A stretch of 63,098 bases of DNA from NCBI RefSeq assembly GCF_000142905.1, contig NW_013657619.1:1-63098 (forward strand), in the 5' to 3' direction. Under the pieces are notes generated by a model. The model made no database searches. It was not told where the DNA came from and saw only the letters and a program-made list of their open reading frames with translations. This document shows, piece by piece, positions 1 to 12,585 of this stretch; position 1 is the stretch's first letter, and every line of letters starts with the position of its first letter. The stretch comes from Thecamonas trahens ATCC 50062 (Eukaryota; Protista; Apusomonadida). Position numbers and translations under genes: made by a program.

Positions 1-2957
1 TTGTCTGGCTTCATGTTCTTGCTTTGGTTGCTTTTGCCTGTGATGGTTGACTACAATCGACATGCATTCCCATTCATCATTCCTTTCGTTCTTCTCGTTG
101 CTTTGTATTATTACTCGTCATGCTTCATTTGTTCTTGACTCCCCTGTTTTTATCGACCTTGACTTCCACATTCATTAGCCCTTGCTCACTACACTATCGA
201 TTCTCAACTTTGTTTTCGTCAGTCATGATCAATAGTTGTGCATGCAATGTATTTTGTGTTGACCCTGTTGTGTCGTGAACATGGTGATCTGCTGATCGAT
301 CAACCGCGCCCTGCCTCATCGACCTCAACGTCACCCGAGTTCATCCCATTGCCTGTTAGCTTTGTCCAGTTCCTGTTGGCTTACTCATACGTGTGCTGTG
401 CAAGCCATGTATGATCTTTGGTTGTTGTTGTGGACGTCATTGCCTCGTTTGATGCTGGTTCCGGCTTTTCTTCAATTAATTCAACGTTCAACTCAATTGA
501 CGTCCGCCGCCTTTCCTCTGCCGCCCAAGCCCCTCCACCCTCATCAACCACACCCCACACACACCCATCAGCCGTATCATACTCACCTTCATCAATGCTC
601 TAGCCCAATCTTCATACCCACCACCTCTTCGCCAGTCCCGCCACCCACGTCACGACCCCCCTCATCCACCCCTACCATGCTCATTACGCCCCATCACCAC
701 AAACCACCACCCTCACCGCCTACTCCACCACTTCCACTCTCATTTCAACCTCAACTACCACCCCCATGCCATGGCCATACCCACCACCATCTCGTCGCGC
801 ACTCCGCTTCCTCTTCCTCCTCATCCTCCTCGTCTCCCCGCTCCAACTCACCCTCATCCTCTACCCGGACCCCAACACTGCCACCGCCCAACCATCACAT
901 GCCTTACTGCCCATCCACCAACCAACGGCAATCTCAAGCCACCCAGCCTCGACCCCGCCCCCTCAGCTGCTCCGCCTCGCCGACCACCAGCCGCAAGCCG
1001 TCGCCCGCTCGCCCGAACAGCCGACCCTCTTCACCACCTAGCTCCCACCCACCACCAGCTACACAACCCACGACCACACCCAATGTTATCACTCACCGTG
1101 CACTATCACCAGTACAAATATCGCCGTCATCCATTCCCATCTTCCTCGGCTCATTTCCGCGTCGACTTGTTTGCCCTAGGCGGTTGAGCACGTCCTCGAC
1201 CGCCCGACCCCGCACATGCCCCCCACCAACCTCATTACCAGCTATACCCAATCTGATTTCACTACTACTCTACTACACGCTCACCCTCCCCCCTTGCACA
1301 ATCTCCAATCCACAGCTGCAGTATTTCAGAATCCGAGTTCTGCCACCTGAGGCCCAAGCTGTTGGCCCTGTGTCCCTTCGATGCTGCTGACTCCCCTGCC
1401 GCGGGCCCATCTCCGACCCCCACTCCCCAACCTGTCCACCCACAACCACCACACCAACACCCCACATACTCACTACCCCTGCAAACATAGCCACCCACTT
1501 CCCGTTCCCCGATACGTACATCAGCCGACGCCAACCCGTCAACAGCATCGCTGCCGGCCGCCTGCTGCCCACCGCCGACCGCCGCCCGCCGCCGACCGAC
1601 CACTGCCGGCACCACCAAGAGCAAGCTAGCCATCGACAGGGCATTGGAGACAATGCATAGAGATAGCCACATCATTGGCAATGACTACCAGTCCGCCCTC
1701 CAACCCATTTCTCCCCTCCCTTCTCCGGCCTTGCCCGTCACAGCCCCCGCCGGCCTGCTCATCGCCAGCCACCCCTGCTGCCGATCACCAAGCCAGACGA
1801 CGAAGCCACCGGGCTGGCCAAGACAAGGAAGAACAAGAGAGGGCAAGGCCAAGCGATAGGCAATGCAGTGGGTGGGCTAGAGTGCAGTGGTCTGCCTCCT
1901 CCTCCAATCCCAAGCCATCGTCTCCATCGACACCCATCTCAATCCAATCCGTCCGCCCTCCTCCCCCTGCCGCCCAACTGCCCGTCTTCTTCATCGCCCA
2001 CACTCCACACACAGCCGTAGCTTTACTATACCCACCCTTATCATAGCGGGAGTCGGCTGATAAGAGGACCTTGTCGTTCGAAACGTACTAGGAGAAGCCT
2101 TGCAGAGCTCGATAGGATGTGATAAGGTCGGGCGGGGTGAGACTGAGCTCGACAGGCAGAAGGCGCAGTGCGATGAAGAGCTCAGTTGCAAGGCCGCCAG
2201 CTCGTCCGAGGTAAACCAGCCGTCAAGGATCGAGGACTTGTCCTCTCCGACGGCACAGACCGAAGTGGATGAACTTGTCTCCGCCCACGTCACGTGTCTG
2301 GAAGCGGGAGATCTCCCACGTAATGCGGATGCCAGCGTCGTGTCGTCATGGTGGCGCCGCTTGAGCCGGGGCCATGCATGGTCCGCTGCTGTGCCAAGCC
2401 CAATCAAAGAGCGTCCAGCCCTCGGTCGGGACTTTTCTGTGTATGTTGTGGAACGCGGGAATGGTCATGTGGCGTGCAGGCACACACAACATGCCCCACC
2501 CGCCGATCCAGCCGCGTTTCCCCCATCGCTCACGCAAGCAAATACACCCCAACTTTCTCCACGGCCTCCTCGCACTCTTCTGCAATATCTGTCGCCTGCC
2601 GTGCTGGAGATGTCTCCGGATGTTGTTGCCACGGACAACTTGCGCCGGGAAATACGAAAGTGTGGCACTTTCTTCGCTGGATTGTGCCCTCAGCACAACC
2701 GAGGACAACAAGGTAGGGCCCAGCGATGTGAAATGGCCATTGAGGACGACGGCGGTTATAGCGATTGCAGTAGTCATCTCGAGATCAACAACAATATATT
2801 GTTGCTCATGTGTCCACCCAAGTAGTTACCACATGACCTGCAAACTCGCCAATTTTGCGATCGCTCCGCTTCACGCATCAGCCTCCCACAGCCGGTTTCA
2901 CCCAGGCGTCAGGGTCCTCGCCCTCGCCCTACCTGCCACCACCTGACTACCACCGCC

Positions 2958-4085
2958 ATGTCGCGTGCCCAGTCTCGCTGGGCCCTCCTCCGCGCCGCGC
3001 TCCTCTCTGGCAAGGTCACCTCCCCGACCGCTTTGTCGGCTTCGTCGGCTTCGTCGGTCTCGGTCCGCCGCCACCCTGGCTTTCGCCTCCTCCCCCGCCC
3101 GCTTCCGTCGTCTCCGGCTGTCGCTGCCGCTGTTGCCGACGCCCCGCCTGCGCTTGCCGACGGTAACCCGCTTCACGTCTCACTTCCTCGCCGAGGCGAA
3201 CGCGATGGTGAGAGTGCTCCTGATGACATGGCCGTAGTCTCTGTGTGGGAGGTTCCGCCAAAGGTCTCGGCTACCACGCTGATGGGCAACAACAATACCG
3301 GCAACATCTGCATCTGGCCGTCCGAGGAGGTCCTCGCCCATATTCTCCTCACCCGCCACGCCGGCCTTCTCGCCCGCGACTCGTTTCGGGCCATCGAGCT
3401 TGGCGCCGGCATGACCGGTCTTGCCGGCGTTGTCGTTGCGGCTGCAGCGGCTTCCGACACTGCCGCGGTTGTTGTCACCGACGGCAACCCGACCTCGGTT
3501 GATCTGCTCTCTGCCAATCTTGCCACCAACCACGGCGTCAGCGTAGCACCCTCCAAGACGCTCGTCGGGGCACTCCTTGAGTGGGACGCTGCCGTAGACT
3601 ACTCGGCCGATGTGGCGTTGTGGGGCGGTCGCTTTGATCTTGTCTTTGCCGCCGACTGCCTCTTCTTCGAAGCTGTCCACTCGGGCCTCATCCATGCCAT
3701 TGCGTCTCTGCTCAGCGACGCGCCGCATGCTCGCGCCGTTCTTGTCGCGCCGTCCCGCGGCGGCTCTGCCTCCAGATTCCTCGACGCGGTTGCCGCCGAC
3801 GGCCAGCTCACACTCATCCACGCCACCCTCGACGCCTCCTACGACCCCGATCTTGCTTCCCAGCACGCCGAGTTCTCCGCTACAGACCCCCGATACGAGC
3901 CTGATCTCCACTTGCCGCTCCTCATCGAGCTTGCCCTCACCCCACCACAACATAGACCGAACGACGTCCTTCCACCACCGCACCTGCCGCAGACCATGAT
4001 CCTCCCCTCCTCTCGTTCTCCTCCCACCCGACGCACACGCCTCTCCCTCTCTGTCGACCACGGCGAGACCAGCACACCGTCATGA
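2958..4085 (+). CDS. CAMKMT: Calmodulin-lysine N-methyltransferase (class I SAM-dependent, METTL21/family-16 type)
   Basis: N-terminal RWALLR, then NTGNICIWPSEEVLA, IELGAGMTGLAG, VTDGN, FDLVFAADCLFF, LVAPSRG and YEPDLHLPLL motifs typical of CAMKMT. The tail after about 3940 is low-complexity; the true stop may be TAG 3953-3955 if one C is missing. Confidence 0.9.
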   Translation: MSRAQSRWALLRAALLSGKVTSPTALSASSASSVSVRRHPGFRLLPRPLPSSPAVAAAVADAPPALADGNPLHVSLPRRGERDGESAPDDMAVVSVWEVPPKVSATTLMGNNNTGNICIWPSEEVLAHILLTRHAGLLARDSFRAIELGAGMTGLAGVVVAAAAASDTAAVVVTDGNPTSVDLLSANLATNHGVSVAPSKTLVGALLEWDAAVDYSADVALWGGRFDLVFAADCLFFEAVHSGLIHAIASLLSDAPHARAVLVAPSRGGSASRFLDAVAADGQLTLIHATLDASYDPDLASQHAEFSATDPRYEPDLHLPLLIELALTPPQHRPNDVLPPPHLPQTMILPSSRSPPTRRTRLSLSVDHGETSTPS

Positions 4086-5373
4086 CCACACTGGGCTTCT
4101 CGAGTGCCCCGCTTGACGCACTCAATGCTGACTGCCCCTACACCAACAAGCTTGGCGGCCAGCCGGTATGGCTCCGTCCACCTCCGCCCGAGCTGGTGGA
4201 TGGCCTGCTCGCCTGCCCGACCTGCGGGAGCAAGATGACCCTCATGGCACAGCTCTACACGCCGCTTCATACACATCCGCGTCACCATCGGGTCCTCTAC
4301 CTACTGGCATGCTTGACGCCACCCTGTGCCGCTACATCTGCCGGCTGGCGTGTCCTCCGCGACCAGCTTGACCTCGACTCGGTGCCGTACCTCGTCCGCG
4401 CCGCCTCGGTGCCCAAGGCTGCCCTGGTGGCCTCCGCCGAGGCTGCCGCAGCTGCCGCCGCTGAGGCGTCCGAGGCCGAGGCCAAGGCGCAACCGTCGGC
4501 AAGTGTCTCGGCGGCGGCGCTCATGTTTGGCTCCGACTCGGACTCGGACGACGACTCAGACGACGACTTTGCCGCCCTCCTTGCTGCCCGCGATGCCGCG
4601 GCCTCGTCGGCCTCGTCTTCGGCCGCAGCAACCAAGCAGAAGCACGGCAGTGCGCCACCAGCAGCGTCGTCGGGCAAGTTTGCAGTCATTGCTGTTGATG
4701 CGCCGCCGGCCTCGAGTGAGGCCACCGTCGGCGAGCTTGTCGACTTTGATCCCAGCGAGTGGCCGCAGCTATACCGGCCCGAACGTGGCGCTCCACTGCT
4801 GGACGCCGCACTCGACCCGTACGGAGTGACGGCTGCCCCGGAGCCTTCCGGACGTGCTGCCGGCGACAAGGACGTCGACGACGTCGACGGTCTCGCACAC
4901 CTCATGGCCGGCGTGTCGCTCGAGGACGCCGGCGGCGCGAGCTGCGACCGTGCGAGTGGACCGGGCGACGACGATGAGGTCTACGAGTCTGTGGGCGGCG
5001 CACTCTTCCGCGCCTACTGCGAGCGAGTCGCGCGTGCGCCGTCGCAGCTGCTGCGGTATGCGGCCGAGCCGCTGCTTATCGAGCCGCTTGGCAGCGTGGT
5101 CGACACCGAGTCGGACTCGGACGACGAGGGCGAGGCCCCAGCTCGCGCTTCAGCCGCCGTCCCGCCCTGTCGACGGTGCGGCGCGGCGCGTCTCTTTGAG
5201 CTCCAGCTCCTCTCCTCCTTTATCAACGAGTACTCTGACGAGAGCCTCCCGCACGCGCGGGCTATCCAGTCTATGGCCTGGGGCACTGCGCTCGTCTTTC
5301 GTGCTCGGCCTCGTGCGACGGCGACCTCACAGCAGAGCACATCGTGGTGCAGAGCGCAGAGCGGATCGAGTAA
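4082..5373 (+). CDS. PDCD2L: PDCD2-like / Tsr4 ribosomal protein uS5 chaperone (frameshift near 5297)
   Basis: NKLGGQPVWL, CPTC..MTLMAQLYTP, RVLYLLAC, QLLRY, PPCRRCGAARLFELQL, WGTALVF. The conserved CSASC ending appears in the -1 frame after TTT 5297-5299 and runs to TAA 5371-5373. Confidence 0.85.
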
Positions 5374-5504
5374 ATGCTCACAATCACAAAGCAACACCCA
5401 AGTTCATCACATCGTTTGCTGGTAAGTGCTGTTGACGTCCCGGAGGAAGACAGAAGAGAGGGGGAGGGGGGGAGAGAGAGAGGAAGAACCACGGCGCAGT
5501 CCGA

Positions 5505-7428
5505 CTACTGGTAGGCGCCCGAGACGATGACGTCGTCCAGCTTGAGAATCATCTTGACCATCTGGGTGGCGAGGCGGAACTGCTGGACCTTGGACGAGAG
5601 CGGGTCAAAGACGCCCTGGGCCTTCATGTCGTTGGTGCCCTTGAGGGCGCAGTCGACGCCGAGGAACGAGTTACCGGTCTCGACCTGGGCAGCCTTGACG
5701 GCGGCGAGGGTGCCGACCGGGTCGAGGCCCGAGTTGGCGGCGAGAGCCATGGGGATGTCATCGAGCGCGTTGGCAAAGGCGCGGATGGCGTACTGCTCGA
5801 CGTTCGAGTGCTTGTCGGCCGCGTCCGAAACCGCGAGCGAGCAAGTGATCTCGGCGGCGCCGCCACCGTAGATGATGGTGGACTCGCGGACGAGGTTGCG
5901 TGCCACGCAGAGCGCGTCGTGGATCGACCGCTCGGTCTCCTTGACAATCATCTGGTTGCCGCCACGGACAAAGATGGTGACGGCCTTCTGGTTCGGGCAG
6001 TCCTCAAACACAATCATCTTGTCCTTGGTCGTACCGAACGAGAGCTCGCGGACGGTGCCCGCAGTCCCGAGCTTCTCGGGCGTCAGGTCCGAGAAGCGCG
6101 GCACAATGTTCCCGTTGGTGGCGATGGCAATGAGCTCCATCTCCACTCCGCCGATCCACCGGATGGCCGGCAGGTCGTTCTGCAGGAGGAGGTGGTTGGC
6201 CTCGTCGTCAAAGCCCCACTGCGAGCACGCAAGCGTCGCGCCCGACGCCTTGACCTGCGCCACCATCTCGGTAAAGTATGCCTGCTCCTGCTTGTACAGC
6301 TTCTCAAACTCCTCCTTCGACTTGACGTTGAGCTTGTGCTTGGTCTTGGGCTTAGGCGGCTCGAACGGGCACGTCAGAATCGCAATCTTGACATCCTTAA
6401 GCTCCTTGTCCATCTGCGGGTGCGAGAACTGCTTGTCGATGATCACGCCCTTGATCAGCTGCGTGTCCTCCATCGCGCCACCCTCCTTGCCCACCACCTT
6501 GATGAGCTCAAAGTCGACGTCGCGCCGCTCGAGGTCCGCCACAGACAGCACAGCGTCCACGCACACCTCGGCAAGGTGCCGCAGGTCGCGGTTGACAATC
6601 TTCGAGCCGAGCGAGGTCATGCACGTCTTGACAAGCTGCTCCGGGTCCTCCGCCGTGAACTCGAACGTGTCCGCCTGCGTCTTGAGGTGCTCCACCGCAA
6701 TGTCGCACGCCGTCTCGAACCCGTCCGCAATCCGGATCGGGTGCAGCCCGCGATCGAGCAGGAGCTCAGCCTGCTGGAGGAGCGCGCCGGCAAGGACCAC
6801 CACACCGGTCGTCCCGTCGCCGATCTCATCGTCCTGCGCCTTGGACAGCTGCACAAGGAGCTTGGCAATCTCGTTCTCCACCTGCATCTCCTGGAGAATC
6901 GTCGCGCCGTCGTTCGTCACAGTCACACCGCCGTCACCGTCGACAATGATCTTGTCCAGTCCCTTGGGGCCCAGCGACGACCGGAGCGTCGACGCCACAG
7001 TCTTCGCCGCAAGGATGTGCGCCTTGTGCGCCTCAATCCCGCGAAGCCGCGCCTTCTTCTCCTGCTCGCGGAGGATAAGCACAGGCCGTCCATTCTCGTC
7101 AAACGCCAGAGACACTACCACACCCGACACATCCACCGCCAGCCACACACTCTGTCAGTCATGCCCCTGCCTCGCCCCTGCTCCACTCCTCGCCCGCCGC
7201 GCCCCTGCCCCTTCCCTCCCCGGGTCGCCTTGAGGTGGATGCTACCGACACTCAAAATATTCCCACCGCGCCAACACACGCCGCCCAAGGCCCTTGCCCC
7301 GCTCCCGCTTCCCCCCCACACACACCCAGCCGACCTTCTCCAGCCCGCTTGCCTCCCCTTTCTCCCTCTCTCCACCCTGCATGCCTCCTCTCCCCCCCCA
7401 TGCTGCCCTCTTGCCTGCTCTCCGTACT
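5505..7428 (-). CDS. CCT5: T-complex protein 1 subunit epsilon (CCT/TRiC chaperonin); join(7428,7114..5505)
   Basis: [36 protein letters not shown] and [14 protein letters not shown] are CCT5-specific. Intron 7427-7115 (GTACGG...ACTGAC...TAG) splits the start codon as A|TG. Confidence 0.97.
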
Positions 7429-7636
7429 CTTGTGGAAGTCACGACAAGTTTGCCGTCGCCTCGCGATCCCGCCCGCCCCCTCTCCTCCCACCACCACTCA
7501 TTCAACAGCTCATCATTTTCTCGTTCACTCTCCCCCCCCCCCTCCCTCCCACCTCCCTTTGGCGCGAACCTTCCCGCCATCCTGCCACCTCCCCTCGGCG
7601 ACACCTTCCCGTCTGCCCCCCCCCCCCCCCCCCCCA

Positions 7637-8308
7637 ATGGCTGTTGTTGGCTCGGCTGACGGTGTGGCTGTCATCGGCCCCTCGGGCTCGGGTAAGACAA
7701 GGTTGATACTTGCCTTGGCTGCACTTGCTGCTGGCGGTGAACCTGCCTTGCTGCGGACAACGTGGCTGTTGGCCCCGTCGCGGCTGACCGGGTACGAGAC
7801 CACAAGCCTGACCGTCGACGGTGACGCCGTTGTCCTCCATGAGGCTGGTGGCTCGCATGCCAACACCTGGGCACAGCTTGCGGCTCGCTGTGGCAAGGTT
7901 ATGTTTGTCGTCGACGCATCGGCGCCCAACGCTGCGACCGCCGCCCTCGCCGCTTGGGCCGGCCTCGTCTACGGCTCGCCTGCTGACGACGATGCTGCGC
8001 TTCCTGCCGGTCTCCATGCTGCTGCACTTGCCGATCCCATCGAGCTTGGCATCGACGCTGACGTTGTTGCCGCCGTCTCGCCGCTGGGCCGCTCACGCCT
8101 CCCGCTCGCCGACAACGTCGACGTTCTTGTTGTCCTCAACAAGATCGACCGCCGACGAGCCAACGCGCTCACACCACACGATCTCCGCGAGCTCTTCGAC
8201 ACTCTGCCCAACGATCCACATGCTCCGCGCAACCTCTCCATCGTCCAGGTCTCTGCCGCTGAGCTGACTGGTACGCCAGCTATTCTCGAGTGGCTCTCCC
8301 AATGGTAG
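7637..8308 (+). CDS. ARL16: ADP-ribosylation factor-like small GTPase, ARL16 type
   Basis: P-loop GPSGSGKT; switch II is HEAGG (ExGG replaces DxxG, as in ARL16); FVVDAS, LNKID, VSA..G..ILEWL. Confidence 0.75.
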   Translation: MAVVGSADGVAVIGPSGSGKTRLILALAALAAGGEPALLRTTWLLAPSRLTGYETTSLTVDGDAVVLHEAGGSHANTWAQLAARCGKVMFVVDASAPNAATAALAAWAGLVYGSPADDDAALPAGLHAAALADPIELGIDADVVAAVSPLGRSRLPLADNVDVLVVLNKIDRRRANALTPHDLRELFDTLPNDPHAPRNLSIVQVSAAELTGTPAILEWLSQW

Positions 8309-8506
8309 CGATCCTAGCCGACCACCCATCACCCACCATCCATCATCCACCATCCACCATCGACGCGCCGTGGAGGCTCCGTCGTGGCATCAAAGTCTCT
8401 GCGCTACCTCTCCCATCCTCCGATTCTCCACCTTGTCGACCCATCTCCTCACTGCCTCCGCCACCGCCACCGCCACCGCCACCCACACCTCACCCTCCAC
8501 CACACC

Positions 8507-9360
8507 ATGCACGCAGGAATCTACACCACCGTCGCCATCATCGTGGCTCTGGCTCTTGCAGCTGCCACCCCGGCTGTGACCGCCGACCCCACTGCGGTCT
8601 TCTCCTTCCACACCACCTTCCAGGGGTACGTCTCCTCAACCAAGATGGATGCCTCTCCTCCCCTCCCCTCCTCCCCCCCCTTTCTCACCCATGCACACAG
8701 CGAGTGGGTTCTGCAGCGGACTGAGTCGCTCGCGTCCGAGATGTTTGCGCCCGAGGCCGGTGAGAAGACCAAGTACGTCATGTCGGCGCGCGGTGACTCG
8801 CTTTGGTCGGCAAGATGTACGCCGAGGCCGACCTCGTCGACGAGAGCAACGCCGAGGACGAGTTCGATGAGGTCATGGCCACCGGCGCTGTCGGATGGAA
8901 GCACGTGGCCGACATCCGGGTCGAGTTTGATGACGCCTCGGGCTCGCACGGCGAATTCAAGGCGGCTGCCGTGGACGAGTCGGACGACGCCGGCTTTGTC
9001 ACCCTCTTTGCCTTCGACTTTGCACCCATGTCGCGCGACGTGCCGACGCCCATCTCGCAGGGCGCGTACGCCCCGGACAGAGTCTACGAGTTTGCCTTCC
9101 ACTCGGGCACGACCTTTACCCTCACCACGGTCGGCATCGACGCCGACTCGGGCGACTACGTCCTCACCACCTTTTCGGGCGCAAAGACCGTCGACGAGAA
9201 GGAGGAGCCCTCGTTCCTCTCCAAGTACGGCACCATGATCTTTATGGTTGCCTTCCTCCTCGGCCGCCCCATCCTCACCAAGTGGCTCGGCGCCCGCCAG
9301 CGTGCCAACCTCAAGGACGACTCCGCTGACGGCTCTGATGCCGCCACAAACGCCGAGTAA
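8507..9360 (+). CDS. Signal-peptide + C-terminal TM protein, possibly EMC10-like (intron 8626-8700; frameshift near 8802)
   Basis: Hydrophobic N-terminal signal peptide and an in-frame 75-nt GTACGT...CAG intron. Coding continues in the -1 frame (ORF 8803-9360) to EEPSFLSKYG + TM segment, which resembles the SFxxKY juxtamembrane motif of EMC10. Confidence 0.55.
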
Positions 9361-9379
9361 ACACAGCGCTGCGGCTACT

Positions 9380-10707
9380 TTACTCCATCTGCGCCGCAAT
9401 CTCGTCGCGGAGCTTAAACTCCTCGGCCTGGGTGTAGTACGAGTCGTCAAAGTGGTGGATGCGGACGTAACCATCCTCACCGCCCGAGGTAAACCCGCGC
9501 CCGTTCGGCGCAAAGTCGAGGTAGTTGATGGGACCGAAGTGGCCGGTCACGCCGCCGAGCTCCTCCTCGTACACAGCATGGAAGAACCGGACCTGGAACT
9601 TGCCGACACGCGAGTGCGTGGTCGTCACAGACATGGCGTCCTGGCCACCGCCAAGAATGACGTGGTCGTAGATCGGCGAGATCTTGGCCGAGTTGACCGG
9701 GTGCTCCGTCCGGTACGTCCGGATCACCGCGTTGCTCTTGACATCCCACAGCATCGCCGTCTTGTCCTTGGACGCCGTGATGAACATCTGCTTGTCGTCC
9801 GAGAACGAGAGGTCATGCACACGTGCCCGGTGCCCGTCGAGGTGCGCAAGCTCCTGCTGCGTCTCGGCATCAAACACCCGCACAGACCCGTCGTCCATCC
9901 CGCAGTAGATCGACTGGTTGAGCGCAGACCACCGCGCAGTCTGGCACTTCATCCCCAGCCCGAGCTCAAACAGCGGCTCCGACGACTGCGCCTCGCCCAT
10001 CTCCGCAATCGCGTACACGTACAGGTACGCGTCGTGGCCCATGATCCGGTCTGTCACAAATGCCGCGAGCTTGTTGCCCTCAGACCACTCCGCCACACGC
10101 GCAGGCGTCTTGAACTCAAACGCATGCATCTGGCTCCCGTCCTCTACCTTCCAGATCCGAGCCGTGTTATCCGCAGACGCCGTCAGCAGCCGCTCCGTCA
10201 TAAAGTCCACAGAGCAGTCCCACACCGTACCCTTGTGCCCGTCAAACGTGCCGAGACGCTCGCCGTTGTCCGCAAACCACACATGCGGCGTCGAATCCTT
10301 GGACGTCGAGAACACAAGATCGCCCTCGCGGTTGTACTGCACCGTCGTGATCGACCGCTCGTGGCCCTGCAGCATGAACGGCTTCTACTCGCCCTCCCAC
10401 CGCATCCATCACCAGAATACCGCACAAGCACAGACACACACACAAACACACACGCACACATACATACCATACAGACATATCACCATACACACAACTCTCT
10501 CTCTCTCCATGAGTCGCCACCTATTCCGCCCCGTGTGCTTCCCCCCCTACCCCACCCCTTATCCCTCCCCCCCTCGGAGGATTGAAGATTATTGCCGACC
10601 CGACACAGCCTCTCCCCCCTTCCATAGCCACCCCCCTACACACACGCACACACCAACCACCACTATACACACACGCTCCCTCCCTCACCGTCTGCGCCAC
10701 GTACCAT
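9380..10707 (-). CDS. EIF3I: Eukaryotic translation initiation factor 3 subunit I (WD40); join(10707..10705,10384..9380)
   Basis: MKPFMLQGHERSITTVQYNREGDL, NGERLGT, GGGQDAMSVTTT, GHFGPIN, SGGEDGYVRIH. The first coding exon is only ATG, followed by a GTACGT...TAG intron. Confidence 0.97.
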
Positions 10708-10932
10708 GATGGGCAGGTTGGTGAAGTGTACTGTCTCTTCCCCCCTCCCCCCGNNNNNNNNNNNNNNNNNNNNNNNNNNNNNNNNNNNNNNNNNNNNNNN
10801 NNNNNNNNNNNNNNNNNNNNNNNNNNNNNNNNNNNNNNNNNNNNNNNNNNNNNGCTCCCCCCCCCCCCCCCCACCGCGCCGCCCGCTTGGCCCTTGGCTT
10901 GTCGCCACACTTCACCCACCCAACCCGCCAAC

Positions 10933-12143
10933 ATGGCCACCGGGGTCCTTTCCTACCGCGGCTCGGCCATGTTCCGCATGCGCCTCGTCACAGCCACACT
11001 GACAGGCAAGTCTGTTCTCATTGAAGACATCCGCGTCGACGAGCAAGAGATTGGCCTCCGTGGTACGCCTTCCCCTTCCCCCCCCACCCCCTCGCCCTCC
11101 CCGACCGAGGGCAGGTAGCCCATCCATCATCATCCTGCCACACTCACCACCCTCTCACCCCCCCCCCCTTCCTCCCTCCCCACCACACAGACTACGAAGC
11201 CGGCCTGCTTCGCTTGCTGGAAAAGGTGTCGAACGGATGCCGTGTGGAGATCAATGAGACCGGTACCTCTGTTCTGTATACGCCTGGTGTGCTGACCGGA
11301 GGCAAGTTCTCCCATGACTGTGCTCTCTCCCGCGGCATTGGCTACTACGCAGAGGCGCTGTTTGTTCTGGGGCCGTTCTGCAAGAAGCCGATCTCCGCCG
11401 TCCTCCGCGGCGTCACCAACGAGAGCCTCGACACTTCTGTCGACGTCCTTCGCATGGTCGTCGTCCCCGTCCTCCGCACTTTTGGCCTCGAGGCCGACGC
11501 TTTTGTGCTCAAGATCAACAAGCGCGGCGCCCCGCCCGGCGGCGGCGGCGAGATCAAGCTCACCATTCCCACGGCCAAGGCTCTGAGTCCCGTGCTAAAG
11601 GTGGCTGGCGGCGAGATCCGCCGCATCCGTGGCGTCGCCTACACAACCCGCCTCTCACCGCTCTTTGCCTCGCGCATGGTCGACGCCGCAAAGTCGGTCC
11701 TCGTCGACTACATGGCCGACGTCTTTATCTACACCGACCACTACAAGGGCTCCGGCGGCGGCGCCTCGCCGGGCTTTGCCATCTCGCTCGTCGCAGAGTC
11801 GGAGACCGGTGCCCTCCTCCCCGCAGAGCTCACCGCCTCAAAGGGCGACATGCCCGAGGCCATCGGCGAGGCCGCGGCTCTCCTACTGCTGGAGGAGGTC
11901 GCACGCGGCGGCGCCATCGCTACCGTCATGCAGCCGCTCGTTCTCATGTACATGGCCTTTTCATCAGAAGACGTCTCTGCCGTTCGCTTCGGCACCCTCT
12001 CCAAGTACGCCATCTCGGTCCTCCGCCTCATCCGCGACTTTGTCGGCGTAGTCTTCAAAATCGAGGCCGACCGCACCACAGAGACCGTCTTGCTCTCATG
12101 CATGGGTTCAGGACACGCGAACACTGCCCGCGTCGTGCAATAA
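10933..12143 (+). CDS. RCL1: RNA 3'-terminal phosphate cyclase-like protein (18S rRNA processing); join(10933..11062,11191..12143)
   Basis: FRMRLVTATLTGKSV.IEDIR..GLRDYE, EINETGT, RGIGYY, GVTN, RGAPPGGGGE, RIRGVAY, SPGFAISLVAES. Intron 11063-11190 GTACGC...CAG. Confidence 0.96.
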
Positions 12144-12208
12144 ACCATTACTCGCCGCTCTCGTGCTCTTGTGCACACAACCGGTACAGCTCATGCGCAT
12201 CCGCCTTG

Positions 12209-12550
12209 GTCAAGTTTTCTGGTTGTACTCTGGCCACAACAGCGGCATCAGCCGATCGCCAATCTCGCGCATCGCCTCCGGCGGAGGAAGCCTGACCAAA
12301 ACACGGAGCTATTACGGAAGCGTAATCTTGGTACAGAGCAGAACGTCGCCCTCTCCACAGTCGGATTGCCAGCCTCGGCCTGAACCTGCTTCACCATGAG
12401 TAGCAAAAGATCGCGCAGCTGGCCGCTAAACCCTCCCCGGCGCCGAAACTCCTCTCGTATCTCGCTCGCCGTCATGTATAGCAGCGGCACCGTGCCAAGC
12501 CCCTTGCTCGCCTTGGCCATTGCCCTGCCGGCACCAGCCCTCGCCAACAT
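12209..12550 (-). CDS. Possible small hypothetical protein
   Basis: ORF with MLARAGAGRAMAK start (transit-peptide-like) fills the gap between RCL1 and the ankyrin gene. May need +1 T at about 12297-12300 to reach a TGA near 12209. No recognisable family. Confidence 0.25.
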
Positions 12551-12585
12551 GGCCGAAGAGAAGACGCCAGTCGACACGCAATCCT

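Noticed and set aside
362-1390. 342-aa Pro/His/Ser-rich ORF
   Set aside because: Low-complexity product of C-rich DNA, non-ATG start, no codon bias or motifs.
4082-4085. ATGA stop/start overlap between CAMKMT and PDCD2L (a second at 12586-12589) as prokaryote-like translational coupling
   Set aside because: CAMKMT homology ends near 3930 and one added C would stop it at TAG 3953-3955, matching the window's indel pattern. The downstream ORF at 12589 is unvalidated.
5808-7706. Long antisense or alternate-frame ORFs (for example 5808-7706, 9248-10585, 28815-30437, 30493-32571, 59904-61391)
   Set aside because: Shadow ORFs caused by high GC3 on the opposite coding strand; no motifs.
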